Part shown: piece by piece, positions 25,254 to 39,600 of the stretch
Position numbering within the stretch: position 1 is the first letter of the stretch
How the letters are laid out: each line of letters opens with the position of its first letter
Made by a program: the position numbers and the translations under genes
Notes under the pieces: model-generated
Told to the model about the DNA's origin: nothing
Seen by the model: the letters and a program-made list of their open reading frames with translations, nothing else
Database searches by the model: none
NCBI RefSeq assembly: GCF_964355755.1
Contig: NC_092677.1
Coordinates: 10,066,101 to 10,130,100, forward strand
Length of the DNA: 64,000 bases
From: Antedon mediterranea
Taxonomy: Eukaryota; Animalia; Echinodermata
Direction of reading: 5' to 3'

Positions 25254-27289
25254 TTAGACATTATGCAGGATCAACCTAAAAAATGAATTCATTATAGAGA
25301 TTTGTCCATTGACATTCTTTAACAGAAAAGTTTCTGCAAACCCATGTGGATGATCATCGTCACTCTGAAAAAAAAATTAGTTTCACATCAATCAATTCAT
25401 GCATTGTGTAATTAAATAAGTGAAATGAGTTGAAACCGCATATTTCACCTTTTGCTTACATATGTATTGATTTAATATGAAAACAACAAACTATAAAAAA
25501 TTATACTATATATAGTATAGTTAATATAATATCGTTTTTTTTATAGCACTCTCTGTGGTTTGATGTTTTATAGCACCCTCTATAGTTTCATAAAACAAAA
25601 GTTTGTCTGTATTTATTACCATAATAATATAGTAATAAGCAGTATTTATTTACGTAGTTACAAACATTCATTAAAAAGATCAAAACAATCAGACAAAATG
25701 ATCAGACATGATAATTATAGTATTATTATTTACCTTGACTTGTCCTACAATAAAGACAATAAAGAATGTGTTATCTAAAGCCTGGCAATCTGCTGTTGAG
25801 AGTATACGTTGCATATTCATTGGTAAACTCTAAAAAATTAGGATAAAGGAAATTTAAAGTTATCAATTTGCATATACTAAGAAATAGTAACAGTTTGAGT
25901 GAGGTGTACTCTCTTATTTGGCTGTTGTCAAACCAGACAGAATTCGAATAGATGTAATATATTATTTTTGAATAATGAATGGAATTGGAAATAGAATACT
26001 ATTTTAAAAGATGGTTTAACTTTGAGACAGAAAACGAGCATAGAGAGATGTTGGAATGGACAACTGACTGGTGCAACCTTTTGCAGTCTGAATGCAATGT
26101 ACAGGTTCTGATTCTATTTCAATTTAGCTCAATAGTCATTCTAGTGCCTAGATGTTGTATTGTTGATCCTGGAACAAAGCAGGGAAGATTGGCAAGCTGC
26201 ATTTTACATGGTGTCACTAAACTTTCGATGCCTGCGAGTCAGGGGAGGACCCAGGAGTGCCAACATATATTAATAATAGTCTCGCTGTGTTCATTATTGG
26301 GTTTGCTGTGGTTCTTGGGATAATTCGTCGGAGCCTTGTTCATTGGAGTTCGCTGTGATTCATTATTTGATTTTGCTGTGGTTCATTATTTGGTTTTGCT
26401 GTGGTTCATTGGGGGACCAAAATTGTCTACACACCATTAATTTGGCCATTATTTGTTCTCTTCCTTTAAAACAAGCACCTTCAAAGGTCATGGTTGAGGT
26501 TTCCTCCTGAAAGACAAAAGATGAGATCATATATAAGTAAATGAAGGCCTCTAACTAGACAGGTACATTGAAGCTAGCAGTTGTCTTATTATTCTTATTC
26601 GTTATTATATTCTTAAAATAACTGTAATTGTAAACATATATATTTTACTTCGTATTTTATTATTAGTGGAAGTTACTTGACTTTATTATGAATAAAATAA
26701 TGAATACATTTTGTGAAAAAAATGTTTTCACAAAAAAAAACTATAAATTTGGTAAGAAGAGTAAAGACACAAATGCCAGCTCTGTGTCTAATCGAGCAGG
26801 GGCCAAATAAATAAAGATTTTTACTTTTTATTTCTTTACTCTAGGCCTGCTGGGCTAGAGGCTAGGCCTATATTAAATTTATTATTTTCTGTGCCTTTTT
26901 TCACTTACATTAATTACAAATTTATCGTAACTTGAACTAGGCCTAGCCTAGGCTTAACTGACAATTTACAAAGTTCAAATGATACAAAACTGTCATTTAT
27001 TTAGGCCCTAACAATAAACATAGGCCTACCCAGGTAAACGAATCCTTCCATTTCATCAACAGACACACGCACAAATAAGGCCATCCCTGGTTGGTTGTCA
27101 CACATTTCAGTCCCACTAGGCTACCTAGCTAGGCCTACTAGCTAGGCCTATTCTATGCCCTTATGCAGCCTAACTACTACTCACAAAGAGAGGGGCTAAT
27201 TGTTCACGATTAGACTGAAATTTCTCATAGAAATATCCTGTAAACTGTTGAGCTAACAGTTGGCTAGGATCTGGATTAGCGGCTGTCAT
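25254..27289 (-). CDS. NUTF2: Nuclear transport factor 2-like, paralogue B (127 aa), 4 exons
   Basis: Exons 27185-27289 (MTAANPDPSQLLAQQFTGYFYEKFQSNREQLAPLF), 26435-26506 (STMTFEGACFKGREQIMAKL), 25734-25829 (SLP...ADCQ...FIVGQVK), 25254-25364 (SDDDHPHGFAETFLLKNVNG...FRLILHNV*). Not present in the ORF track because the exons are short. Confidence 0.9.
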
Positions 27290-27687
27290 TGTGGAGCACG
27301 CTAACTACATAAAAAAGAGATAAAAAGTCGATCGACCACACGAAATCGCGACGACGTAGAGCGTGCATACCCCGCGTAAACTTTTTTTCGTTATCAAAAT
27401 CAAGCAGGCACTAATGGTAGGCGTGTAATTCTTGTTAACATGTTGAGTCGTGTGAAACCGCAAATGTTATTCTTTTTGAAAATTTATTTTCTAGTTCCCG
27501 AAAAACGACTGTGTTCAAAAGTCTAATAAATGGTGTGAGTGGGCAGGTCCGAACGTTGATGGCTGAGGTACTGTAAAAAGAATACGTTTCTGGATGTTTG
27601 GTGCGGTATAGTCGGAAGTTTTTAATAATGAAAATACACTTTTAATTTGTTTTATTTCTAAAATATTGTCTTAACTTTATATTTACA
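27290..27687. promoter_or_regulatory. Probable bidirectional promoter between NTF2-B and TRAPPC8
   Basis: Divergent ATGs only 398 bp apart; locally CpG-richer sequence. Confidence 0.6.
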
Positions 27688-30600
27688 ATGGCCCAATGCG
27701 CACAGAGTGCGCGGGAATTCATTCAGAATTCATTTGGGCCTATGGTGGCTGTTTTATGTAGCCACGACGCTGAGGTCATTGCACAGAAGAACAACCTGAC
27801 ATTTGTGGAAATGGCACGGCCCTTCTGTAGGCTCACGACCGAAGGTAAATGGATGGAGTACTGTACCTTAAATTATGTTTTGTTAATTATTTTGTCTACC
27901 ATCATTAATAGGTGTTTGCATCATGATCCATTTTGACTATTATTAGACATGATGTGTAGGGCCTGGTAGGCCTAGCTAGCTAGCTAGGCTAGTTATCCTA
28001 CTAGAATAAAAAGATTAGGAAAAAAAAGAGTATTTTGCACACCACAGTGTCATATAAATATATGTGCCAGTACAGTAGACCTGGATAATGAAAAACAATA
28101 AATTAATTACAATTTTCCCTATGAACACATAGGCAAGGAGAATCGGTACTAATATAGGCCTAGGCCTAGTTTCCGTTACAAATGCACAATCTGTCTTACT
28201 CTTAAGTAGTATACTAGCTAGTAGAGTAGTAGAAGTACAGTACATTATATGTTTCTGTTGTTTTCCAAAACAACTTCACAGTAATGTGACATACTGTAAA
28301 AATTAGATTAGAATCATGTGTTATTATTATTTTAATATAACTGCCTCCCATTTTCAGCTCATATTCGAGATCCACAAGGGCAGGTGAACTCGATTCGCAA
28401 CATGCGTATCATTCTAAATGATATGAACAGTCAGCCTCCATCTTCTGCTATTGTCAGAAAAATGCTCAATGATGTAGTCGGAAGTATACACCCAAACGCT
28501 GAAGCCTCCAAAAGCATCATCACAGCTGGAAATTACAATCTACAGCTTAGTAGTAAGTTTTAAAAAAGACTCTTAGTGAAAAAAGGGTTGTATAATACTA
28601 AATAGTGAAAAGGGGCTGTATAAGATTGAAAAAAAGGTTGTACAAGAGTGAAAAAAAGGTTTTATAAGAGTGAAAAAAAAGTTTGTACAAGAGTGAAAAA
28701 AGGATTGTATAAGAGTGAAAAAAGGTATAAAAAAGGTTTGTATAAGAGTGAAAAAAGGATTGTATAAGAGTGAAAAAAGGTATAAAAAAGGTTTGTATAA
28801 GAGTGAAAAAAAGGATAAAAAAGGTTTGTATAAGAGTGAAAAAAGGTATAAAAAAGGTTTGTATAAGAGTGAAAAAAGGATAAAAAAGGTTGTACAAGAG
28901 TGAAAAAAGGATTGTATAAGAGTGAAAAAGGGTATAAAAAAGGTTTGTATAAGAGTGAAAAAAGGTATAAAAAAGGATTGTTTAAGAGTGAAAAAAGGTA
29001 TAAAAAAGGTTTGTATAAGAGTGAAAAAAAGTGTTTTATAAGAATGAAAAAGAGGTTGTATTTAAGAGTGGAACAAATTGTATCTATAAGTAAGATTGAA
29101 AAAAGGTTGTATAAGAGTGAAAACATATTTTTATAAAAAGGATTGTTTAAGAGTGAAGAAAGGTGTCATGTAAGAGTGAAAAAAAATTGTATATAAGAGT
29201 GAAGGGTTGTATTAGAGTAAGTTGTGGTTTGACACAGTCCTGTTATATAGTTATACAATGGGTAGAATTAATAAAAACTATTTCTTTTAAACAATGAAGT
29301 CTAATTACAAAACAATTTGTTTAGTGCATTTTGCTGTATGCTATTTATATTTAATCCCTCTAAAGAGCAGCTCTTGGCAATTAATTAATATAATTATTTT
29401 TAGGCCTGGCACAGAAAAATAAGGTGAATATACTGTGTCATTGTTTCATAGTTACCTTCTTTAGGACATTCCTTGAATAATTAATAACATGTTTACTTGA
29501 TTTAGTTTTGGTTTTACTTTCCAAAACGATAATGTTTCAATGGTCAAATTCAATTGTTTTTCTTTCAGGTTCAACTCCATGGTTTGAAGCATACAGAGAG
29601 CACTTCCTGCAAGTTACACTTCCATCTGAACATGAATTTATTCGTCACTTCATTGCTTGTATCCTTCAGAAATCAAAACATACTTCACTAATACATGTCC
29701 TCTTTATATGTTGTCCCTGAATAGGGTTGGCCATAGTGTTGAAACATATACTGCCACTTAGTCATTAACAAGAAAATGTCCCTGAATAGAGGTGTCCCCT
29801 GAGTAGAGGTTGGCCGTAGTGTTGAAACAAATATTGCCACTCGGTCGTTTAACCCGGGGAAAATATCCCCTTAATAGTGTGTCCCTGAATATGAGTGTCA
29901 CCTAAATACGAGTGTCCCCTAAATAAAAGAGTAAAATCTGTACAGATTCTTTCATGTACTATATTATGTACATATCCTTCAGATTTAAGGACCTCATTAT
30001 AAATTTATCCTAGCCCATTGTTTTTCTGTATACATAAATAGTAAAGTATCATGGCAAATTCTGTGATACAGTATCACATATGTAAAGTTGTTTGAAAGTG
30101 AATGTAAAGTTGTTTTGTACGCTGACGATTGTGCAATTTTTTACTCCCATAAAGATCCAATCGCAATCCAATCTAAACTCCAAAACAATCTCGTATCATG
30201 CAATAATTGGCTGATCGACAATCAACTTTCGCTTCATATGGGTAAGACCGAATGCATCCTGTTTGGTTCTAAACGTAGATTAAGCAAAGTAAACGAATTC
30301 TATATTGATTGCTTTGGAACGACTATAAATGGATCAAAATCTATCAAATATCTAGGTATTGAGATTGACCAAAATGTATCAGGTGACGTCATTGCCCGCT
30401 CTGTTATAAACAAAGCAAACGGCAGACTGAAATTTCTGTACCGACAATCATCATTTCTTAATTCGCATTGTCGCAAAATTCTTAGTTTTGCTTTAATCCA
30501 ACCGATGTTCGATTATTCGGTTTGCTCATGGTCTTCTACGGTAAATAAAAATTTAAAATCAAAATTACAAACGACTCAAAACAAAATGGTTCGTTTTATA

Positions 30601-33600
30601 AAAAAGTTAGGTCCCCGATCTCATGTTGGTCAATCTCAGCTAAACAACGTTGGTATGTTAAAAGTCCAAGACCGTGTCGAATTTCTTAGAGTCTGTCATG
30701 TTTTTAAAATATATAATCATTGTTGTCCACCTTATTTATGCAATCGTTTTATTAGAATTTCAGACAGTCATAACTACAATACTAGGGGATGCAATTTTAA
30801 TTTTAGAATCCCAACTATCAAGCCAATGGCACATGTGACCTTTTTTTACAATGCTATTAAAGAATGGAATAATTTACCAATTAACATTAAGGAATCACAA
30901 ACTGTTTGTTGTTTTAAAAGTAAAGTTAAAAAGTATCTACAGGAACGTTCACTAGCTCTAGAAACTAATTAATTAGCGCTTCTTCTTTTTTCGATTGTCC
31001 TTTTTGCTGTTTTTTGTCATTTTTATTATGTTGCTTTGTTTGTCTTTTTTGATGTTCTTTCAAAGGACCTCATTGGAAACAAGTCCGTAGAGGACTTTTA
31101 TGAGTTATCCTTGGCATCCTTGTTTTATATTGGTATTTTTATATTTGTCAATTTTAATTGTATGTCTGTGATATTTTATGTACTGATGCCGAAATAAATC
31201 AAATCAAATCAAATCATCATAGGCCATAAGCCTAACTTAAAAATAACACAGGTTATACGTACATATGTAACACTGGGAATCCGTAACACTGTATCACAGA
31301 ATTTGCCTAATGAGACTGGTTATATGTGAAGATATGGTACAGAAAATCAAGTGTTTATTCTGTGCCAATAATTATGTGACCAAGGATGTACTAATCATAA
31401 ACATAAACATTTCTTGTTTCTTTGTATATTTACCCTTAACTGCCCCGTCAGGTATGCTTGTTGTATCCTCCAACCATGCAGACCCTATTGATCAGTTTTC
31501 TAAGTTAAACCAGCAACAGCATCAGCTGCAGCATAGTAGTGGGATCAACAACCCTAAGTGGCTTTGTCCAAACATCTTCAAGTACTACATCTTGTTACAT
31601 GATAACACAGAAGGAGAAGAGGAAAAGTAAGAGTACCCTAAAGGCCCATTTACACTAGGACGATAACGATGGACGATAAATATATAAACATGCATTTTTT
31701 TTACATAAAACAAAATAAATTAGAAAGGTTTTCGTTCTAGAACTATAGGATAATCATTTATGCTGTCTTTGATAAAAATGTTTTTAAAATTCCAATCAAA
31801 TGACGTCATGATAAATAAAAACAATAAAATAGTTGTATTGTCACGATATTATTGCTCTTACTAATCATGACGTCATTTGATTGGACATGTGAAAATATCA
31901 TTTTCATCAAAGAAAGCATAGAAGGTTATTCTATAGTTCTAGAATGAAAAGTTTTTATATTTCTTTTGTTTTATGTATGAAAAATGCACATTTGTCTATT
32001 TATCGTCGATCGTTATCGTCCTAGTGTGAATGGGCCTTTATGCTATGTATTTGATTTTTTTATAGTCTGCTGCTATAAATTTCATTGAACTGTGTTCAAG
32101 ATAAAAATTCAGCTTACAGTACAATATATTTCAGTTACAGTTATAACCCCTATTAAGGGGACTCGTTGGTACACCCAATATTGGTGTGTGCCAAAGAAAG
32201 GGTCTAGTTTAATTGACTATTTTATATTGATTACATAGAATTATTATACATATCCTTTCGTCCTACCCCTCCTGTCATATATGGTAATGCAGTGTGTATT
32301 TAAAAACACACCAGATTATCTACTTAAAGTACTGTAAATTACACATTAAGTGTCATTTGGAATTAGCCCTAGCTTACGGAAAATAATATACTTTTTTTTT
32401 TAAAGTAGGTGTGTTATAAAACAAATAATGAATGTTTTGTATTCGTTGAATGGAGAGAATATTTCATGAGTTTAAAAATTGACTGCTCTATTTTCAACTT
32501 GGCTCGTGCCTCGTTATATAGAGCAGTCAATTTTTCAACTCATAAAATATTCTTGCCATCCAACTCATTCATTATTTGTTATACTAACCAACACAAGGTC
32601 TTGGGATCTAATCTTGATAAACATTCTTTTTTATAAATATTTCTAACAGAGCTGAAGCTGTCTATCAAAGCATGAAGTCCACGTATGGCTCTCACGCCTG
32701 CCATTTGCTAAGAATAAACTCAAGATCCTTACAAGCGGCTGAGGTTGCTTCCATCGGGAATGAGTACACAGCGAATATGCCGGATCCATGGAGCCAATTT
32801 ATGACTAATAATTCAGTAGATACTGGTCCTGTAAGTATTCCTTGTTGAGAATAACAATATTTAATGTTTTTTTTCATTGATTGCATAGAGATTTACTCCC
32901 CCTCCCCAATCAACTAAATAAGATTTAATTATAATAAAGAATAACTTTTAGATTGGTTCTTGTAATTCATAGGATCAGGTAGAGATGGATATATCTCCAA
33001 ACGTTGATAGCGGCGGCTTTCCAGACAAAGTGACAGAAGCTGATCCGGAACACATGAATGATCCCACTCAGCCTGGGGAACCATTTCCAGAAGATGATGG
33101 TAAGCATGTGACAAGAAACTTGTTTTCTTCTTTTACAGGATCCTCAATAATGTCTTTAATTATATGATCTATATATTATTGTTTTTTTGCCATTATTGCC
33201 AATTCACAACCAACAGATAAAAATACCTCCATTAGAGGAAAACAAACCACATACAAGATACAAATATGATACAAATATGTTCATATATTTAATGATCATT
33301 GACATTTAATTTATTAAAATTAACAGCTAATCTTACTAAAATAATTGAATTTACTATGATTATATAATACTGTATGTATAGTATCATGATTAAAAATCAA
33401 ATTTTCAGATAGTCCAAATGGACCAATGCCCGACACAAATCCTTCGCATCCACTTTCCCAGCCAAACGATGTCGTCTCGCACCCGTTAGCTGTCGGCCAC
33501 GAAGCAAACGAATCGCAAACAATTATCACCGAAGACAACATGGATGCGACAGATGGAAACAATAAGGACATTGTTTTAAATAAACTTGTTGGTGTTCACG

Positions 33601-36600
33601 GCGCCTGTCTTACGTTGAGTGATCACGATCGATTACGAATATTCATCCATGAGTTTGTTGTGCGCGGATTGTTGCCGTATATTGAGAAGATGATTCGCAC
33701 ATTGAGTGAGCAGGTATGTCTGCAAGTTATTGCAAAATCAACTCAATTATTTTATTCCGTCAAAAACTTTGGCTCGAAAATTGTCTTGCTTGTACAAACA
33801 AAATACTAACAAAATCTTCTTCTCAGTACCATGCATAAATGTAAATGGGGGAATTTTCTGCAACTTGCAGCCTACTGGGTTAAATTGCACACAGTTGTGG
33901 ATGACACATACCACAACTTTCTTCTCCCCTAAGGGTCCCTTCGTGTTGAGTGCTGCCACCAAATGGTACCTGTACACAAAGTGTTAGTGTTATTAATATA
34001 CCAGACCTATATAAATTCCTGTATACTATGGATGGTGCAAGTTTACCATATCTTTCTATAGCACCCATTGGCATGATTCCACGATTTGTTAACGATTTTA
34101 CAATGCCAAGTAATAAAATATACACTTTTCTTTATAGAGTACGGTTAGTTATAAGTATTTTTTGGGATTTTTTTCAGTTGGCCTCCAGGAAAGGAATTTC
34201 GAGGAGTTTTATTAGCGCAACTAAGAATTGGTTTGGTGGCAAAAGAAATTCAGATAAGGCTAACAAAACACAAGTTGACATGGGCGGAAAGTATGTACAC
34301 AGTAAAATCATGGAACTCTCTCCATAGCATTGGGAGGGTTAACTTTAATAGTATTATTGCTGCTAAAGTATATATTATCACAAATTTGATTTTAATATTG
34401 TACATAGTTTTTGTAATTCTTTATTTTATTTTTATTTATTTATTCAAATATCCACTAATTACAGAAAAAAACTGAATTGCTTGGGATTTACAAAAAATAT
34501 AGTAATATAAAAAAAAAACTTCATGCTTGTATTGTTTGTCTGGAGTTGGAGAGACTCGTCCTTTTGGCAATAGTTGTCTTGTTGATTGATCTCTTCTCCT
34601 CAGTGTTCCCTTTTTATGCTTCACTGAATGGAATAAATAAAATAAAATTATAAATGTGTTTCAAAATCATTATCCCAATACAATACTCATAATTAAAGCA
34701 ATTCCATTATTTCTACACAATATCTTCTTTATTTACTTTGTTTACATTTATTTTAATCATTGTACCATTTTTTCTAGGTACTTACGTGAATCTCCAGAAT
34801 TACAAATGCGTCGTCTTGGAGATCTGGCGTTTCTAGTTCAAATGTACGAGCTAGCGTATACATCATTCCATACAGCAAAACGGGACTTCAATAATGATCA
34901 TGCGTACATGCATTGTGCTGGAGCTCTAGTGAGTTTTGTTATTTTTTACAAATATTTTTTTATTACCATATGATGCCTTGGTATGATATTTGAGGTTGGG
35001 ATTATACTTGGATTGCATTGTGAATATGTTGTGCAGGGCCATAGCCAGGATCTGTCAAGGGGGGGTTCGCACATTAAGTATTTGGGTCACCCCACCCCCA
35101 TACCTACCCCCCCCCCCCTGGGGTGGGCCTGAGGCGAAGCAAATTTTGTTATATGACACCCCTAGATGGCCGGAAAAGACACTCTCATGCAGCATTCTAC
35201 CAATGAGCAAAACGATCGTACTTGGACTCGTGGACTATTTAAACGATAACATTTGTTGCCGTATGTTAGATGCGCGTGCTCTGTGCGGAACCGCCGATTG
35301 TTTGATCATTTACTCGATATTTTGTTTTGCGTTCAAGTTCAATGCGAACGTACGTCTACGAGAAGCCCCGAAAAAAGCACACTGGGTGAAGGCAAATGCA
35401 ATTCTTATTATAGCTCTATCTATAATATTTATTTACAGCAATTTGTTGAGGAAATTAAATATGCCAATGTAAATAGGTGATATTGATACATTTGAGTACG
35501 TATCGGCGAAGCAAATTTTGTTAAATGACACCCTTAGATGGCCGGAAAAGACACTCTCATGCAGCATGCTACCAATGAGCAAAACGATCGTACTTGGACT
35601 CGTGGACTATTTAAACGATAACATTTGTTGCCGTATGTTAGATGCGCGTGCTCTGTGCGGAACCGCCGATTGTTAGATCATTTACTCGATATTTTGTTTT
35701 GCGTTCAAGTTCAATGCGAACGTACGTCTACGAGAAGCCCCGAAAAAAGCACACTGGGTGAAGGCAAATGCAATTCTTATTATAGCTCTATCTATAATAT
35801 TTATTTACAGCAATTTGTTGAGGAAATTAAATATGCCAATGTAAATAGGTGATATTGATACATTTGAGTACGTATCGGCGAAGCAAATTTTGTTAAATGA
35901 CACCCTTAGATGGCCGGAAAAGACACTCTCATGCAGCATGCTACCAATGACCAAAACGATCGTACTTGGACTCGTGGACTATTTAAACGATAACATTTGT
36001 TGCCGTATGTTAGATGCGCGTGCTCTGTGCGGAACCGCCGATAGTTAGATCATTTTACTCGATATTTTGTTTTGCGTTCAAGTTCAATGCGAACGTACGT
36101 CTAGGAGAAGCCCCGAAAAAAGCACACTGGGTGAAGGAAAATGCAATTCTTATTATAGCTCTATCTATAATATTTATTTACAGCAATTTGTTGAGGAAAT
36201 TAAATATGCCAATATAAATAGGTGATATTGATACATTTGAGTACGTATCGGCTGGTGGTCTAGAAAAAAATAATTGGATGCCATAATGTGAACTACAGTA
36301 CATGATACCATAGATATTATAGTGTAAAATATTAATATTCACTATAATCCTCTATGATACATTATACTTCATAGCCACACATAAATACTGATGTATGTCG
36401 GAAGGCTATATACTTTATGCATGCTGCCTGACTGCCAGTGATCTAAACAATTGGTACGCAGTTGTCTGGCGGTGTCCTTTGTACGAATCGTTCGTCCCCC
36501 AGCTCGCTGTGAGACGCGTCAATATCATGGTGAATGCAGGGACCAAACATTTATTTTTCAGGTTAAAATCGGCAATTCATTTGCAACTCTTAGAAATTTA

Positions 36601-39600
36601 CAGACTATATCGCTCGAAGTACGCTCATACAGGGAAGAAGGTACTGTATGAGTTATTCCGAACAAGTTTACGAATTTTTTAATTTACGAACAACTTTTTG
36701 TACTGTGGGGCACGTATTTGGACGATTTTCGGAGATGAGGGTGAGGTATTGGGCATGTCGGGGATGGGGGTTCGCAGTCAGTTAAGGGGGGTTCGCTGTA
36801 AAGGGGGGGGGGGGGGTTCGCCCGAACCATAAAAACCCCCCCTGGCTACGGGCCTGTTGTGTCTAAATTTACCAAAAATTAGGGGATGGGATTATAATCA
36901 AACATGCCTAGATAATTGTGTAAGAAAGGCTGATAATAATCCTTACGTTAAGCTCGGTTTACACTATCAAACTAGATATGACATCACATTTCTTGTCACA
37001 TAAAGTTTGATGGTGTAGGTAGACAGAGGTTTATCAATTTAAAAATTATTTTTCCTAGGAAATGGCAGCTACATCTGCATTTATGGTTGGTAGTTTTAAC
37101 AAGGTATATCCATCGCATTACATGGATAGTGCTGTATCAATGTATGCCCATACGTGCAAGTAAGTGAAAATATTTACTCGATTCTCAGGGCTGTATCTCC
37201 ACATACTATAATATTTGCCCAGTATCGTATGAATATTTGGTAATACAGCATCTCATTTGTATCACATGTGGTGCCTGTATCATGTAAGATTAGGTTATCT
37301 ATGATAATAGGCAAAACATGTGAAAGACATATGATGCTGGGTTCTCAATTATGGAATGGAAGTTCTATTATAGCAGTTGCATCCAGTCCAGGGGGATTTT
37401 TAAATTTGTATATTTATATTCAATCGTCTAAATTTTCAGGCAATGCTTATTACACAAGTTCTTTATATCTTTGTCATGCTATTGTATTACACCTCCCATT
37501 CACCTACAGACCCTAACTATGATAATAACGATGTTTTTTACCTTTGTAATTTTAGGAAACCTAGCTTTGCGACACGGGCAATTCTCTTAAGTACAGAAAC
37601 ACTAAAGGCAAGGGGCATGTATGGAGAAGCTGCTATGGAATTTATAAGAATGACTGGAGAGGTAATTCAAAAAAATATGACTATAATTATTATAATATAA
37701 TTATCGTAGTAGTGATTATTTACTGATGTTTTTGGTCAGCATAAAAGCCAATTTACACAGACGAGAGGTAACGGTAAGCAAAAAACCCCGTAGTTCTTCA
37801 CTAGCTTATTACCGTTACCACTCGTCTGTGTAAATTGGCCTTTAGAATATCTAGTTTTAGGAAAGCTGATTGTTATCATTTTATATGTGTTCAAATTCTT
37901 AAGCTCTGTCTACACTATCAAACCAAATATGGTAGTGGTATGAAATCATCATGTCCATATATGGGCAAATTACATAAAGTTTGATAGTGTAGACAGAGCT
38001 ACGTTTACGTACGCATACCTAAATTGAAATTCTTGCTTTATATTGTAGGATTCAGATTTGCGAAGTGCATTATTTTTAGAACAGGGTGCACATTGCTTTA
38101 TCAACATGAAGACGCCGATGGCTCGTAAATACGCTTTCCACATGATACTGGCAGGTCATAGGTATAGCAAGGCAGGACAGGTACGCAAGCATCATTTGTA
38201 ATTTTATTTCTTAACCATAATTCAATGGGATGAATAATTGTTTGCTACGAAGTCAGTCATTTGGCATACTTTGTCATAGTTTAAATTTATTTACATATTA
38301 AGTAATTCTTAGGTGGGTCTCGAACTCATGACCTCCAACCCTTGACCTGAGAACATTTTAAAAGCTTTTATAACTGACTGAGCATAACGTTCTGCCATTT
38401 ACGACAATCTTAAATAATCCAAAAAATGTATTTACAGTAAATAAACTGCTTTTTTTTTAAATAGAGAAAACATGCTTTAAGATGTTATTGTCAAGCGCTT
38501 CAAGTTTATAAAGGAAAAGGATGGATCTTATCAGAGGTAAAATATATTATAAATGTACATTGTACCTATAAACAAAAATATACATACATATATATGCATT
38601 TTAAATCTAAGAAGCCAGTTTATATAGTAATATGATACAATCATCCATGTTCATAAACCGCTTTTGTAATCTTTCTTTTGGGCCAAAGTTTTATTTTTTT
38701 AATGCAAAAGTCTACATTTTAACAATATGCTTATTACAATATTTTTATCACCTTGTATCCTTGGGTATAATCCTAGTATTGACTTTTGGTATGGATGTGG
38801 GCCTCTCTCTAGCCAGTTTAGATGAGTTTTTACAAGAAATGCTTACCAATCATTTTTTTCCTGAACTAGGGTTTCTCCGGGGTATATTTGCACCATACAA
38901 AGTCGGCCCAATTTCGTGTTCTAGGGAGGTGGGATTATACCAGAAGATATATCGTACATTATTTTGATGTTTTCTTTACAATAATAGGATCACATCAACT
39001 TTACCATTGGTCGACAGTCGTTCAATTTAAAACAGTTAGAGAATGCAAGTGCGGCATTCAAACATCTATTGACATACGACAGTCGACAACCAGCTGTCCA
39101 ACAGGCTGCATTTCTGAGAGAATACCTCTTCGTTTTTCAGGTAATAAATGTATTATTGAGTGTGTTACAGCACAATTTTTAGTAGAGTAAAACATTGTGG
39201 ATTTTTAATGTACACAGTAATTGGTGACCAATAAAACCCCAGAGTATAACTAAAACCATACTACTAATAAAAAGTCATAACTGCATACATCTATTCTCAC
39301 TGTGACATACTAAATGTATATACAATATGCCTAGCTCTGTCTACACTATCCAACTTTATGTGATGTGCTCGTGTGCACTTTAAAGAACCTAGTACATCTT
39401 TCGAGACGAGTAGGGGGTTACCCCGGTGTACTAGTTCACACACACACTGTCGTGGACAGACTTAATGGTGTGAAATAGCGCTATATAAATGTCGCATTAC
39501 ATTATATGGACATAATGATATCATATCATTATTTATATTTGGGCATATCACTACCATATTTTGGCAGATCACACTTTTTTTGTTAAACTTTGATAGTTTG

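Noticed and set aside
25979-26323. 114-aa plus-strand ORF
   Set aside because: Antisense within NTF2-B intron 2, no recognisable motif, ends in a short tandem repeat.
28598-29136. Lys-rich and Phe-rich ORFs on both strands
   Set aside because: Translations of an intronic minisatellite.
32250-32258. ATATCCTTT, an AT-AC U12 donor consensus
   Set aside because: Lies mid-intron with no coding exon ending there; flanking TRAPPC8 exons already join by GT-AG.
34990-36682. ORFs inside the CAG..CTG element as a possible transposase
   Set aside because: Short, repeat-derived, frameshifted between copies, no DDE-like motifs.
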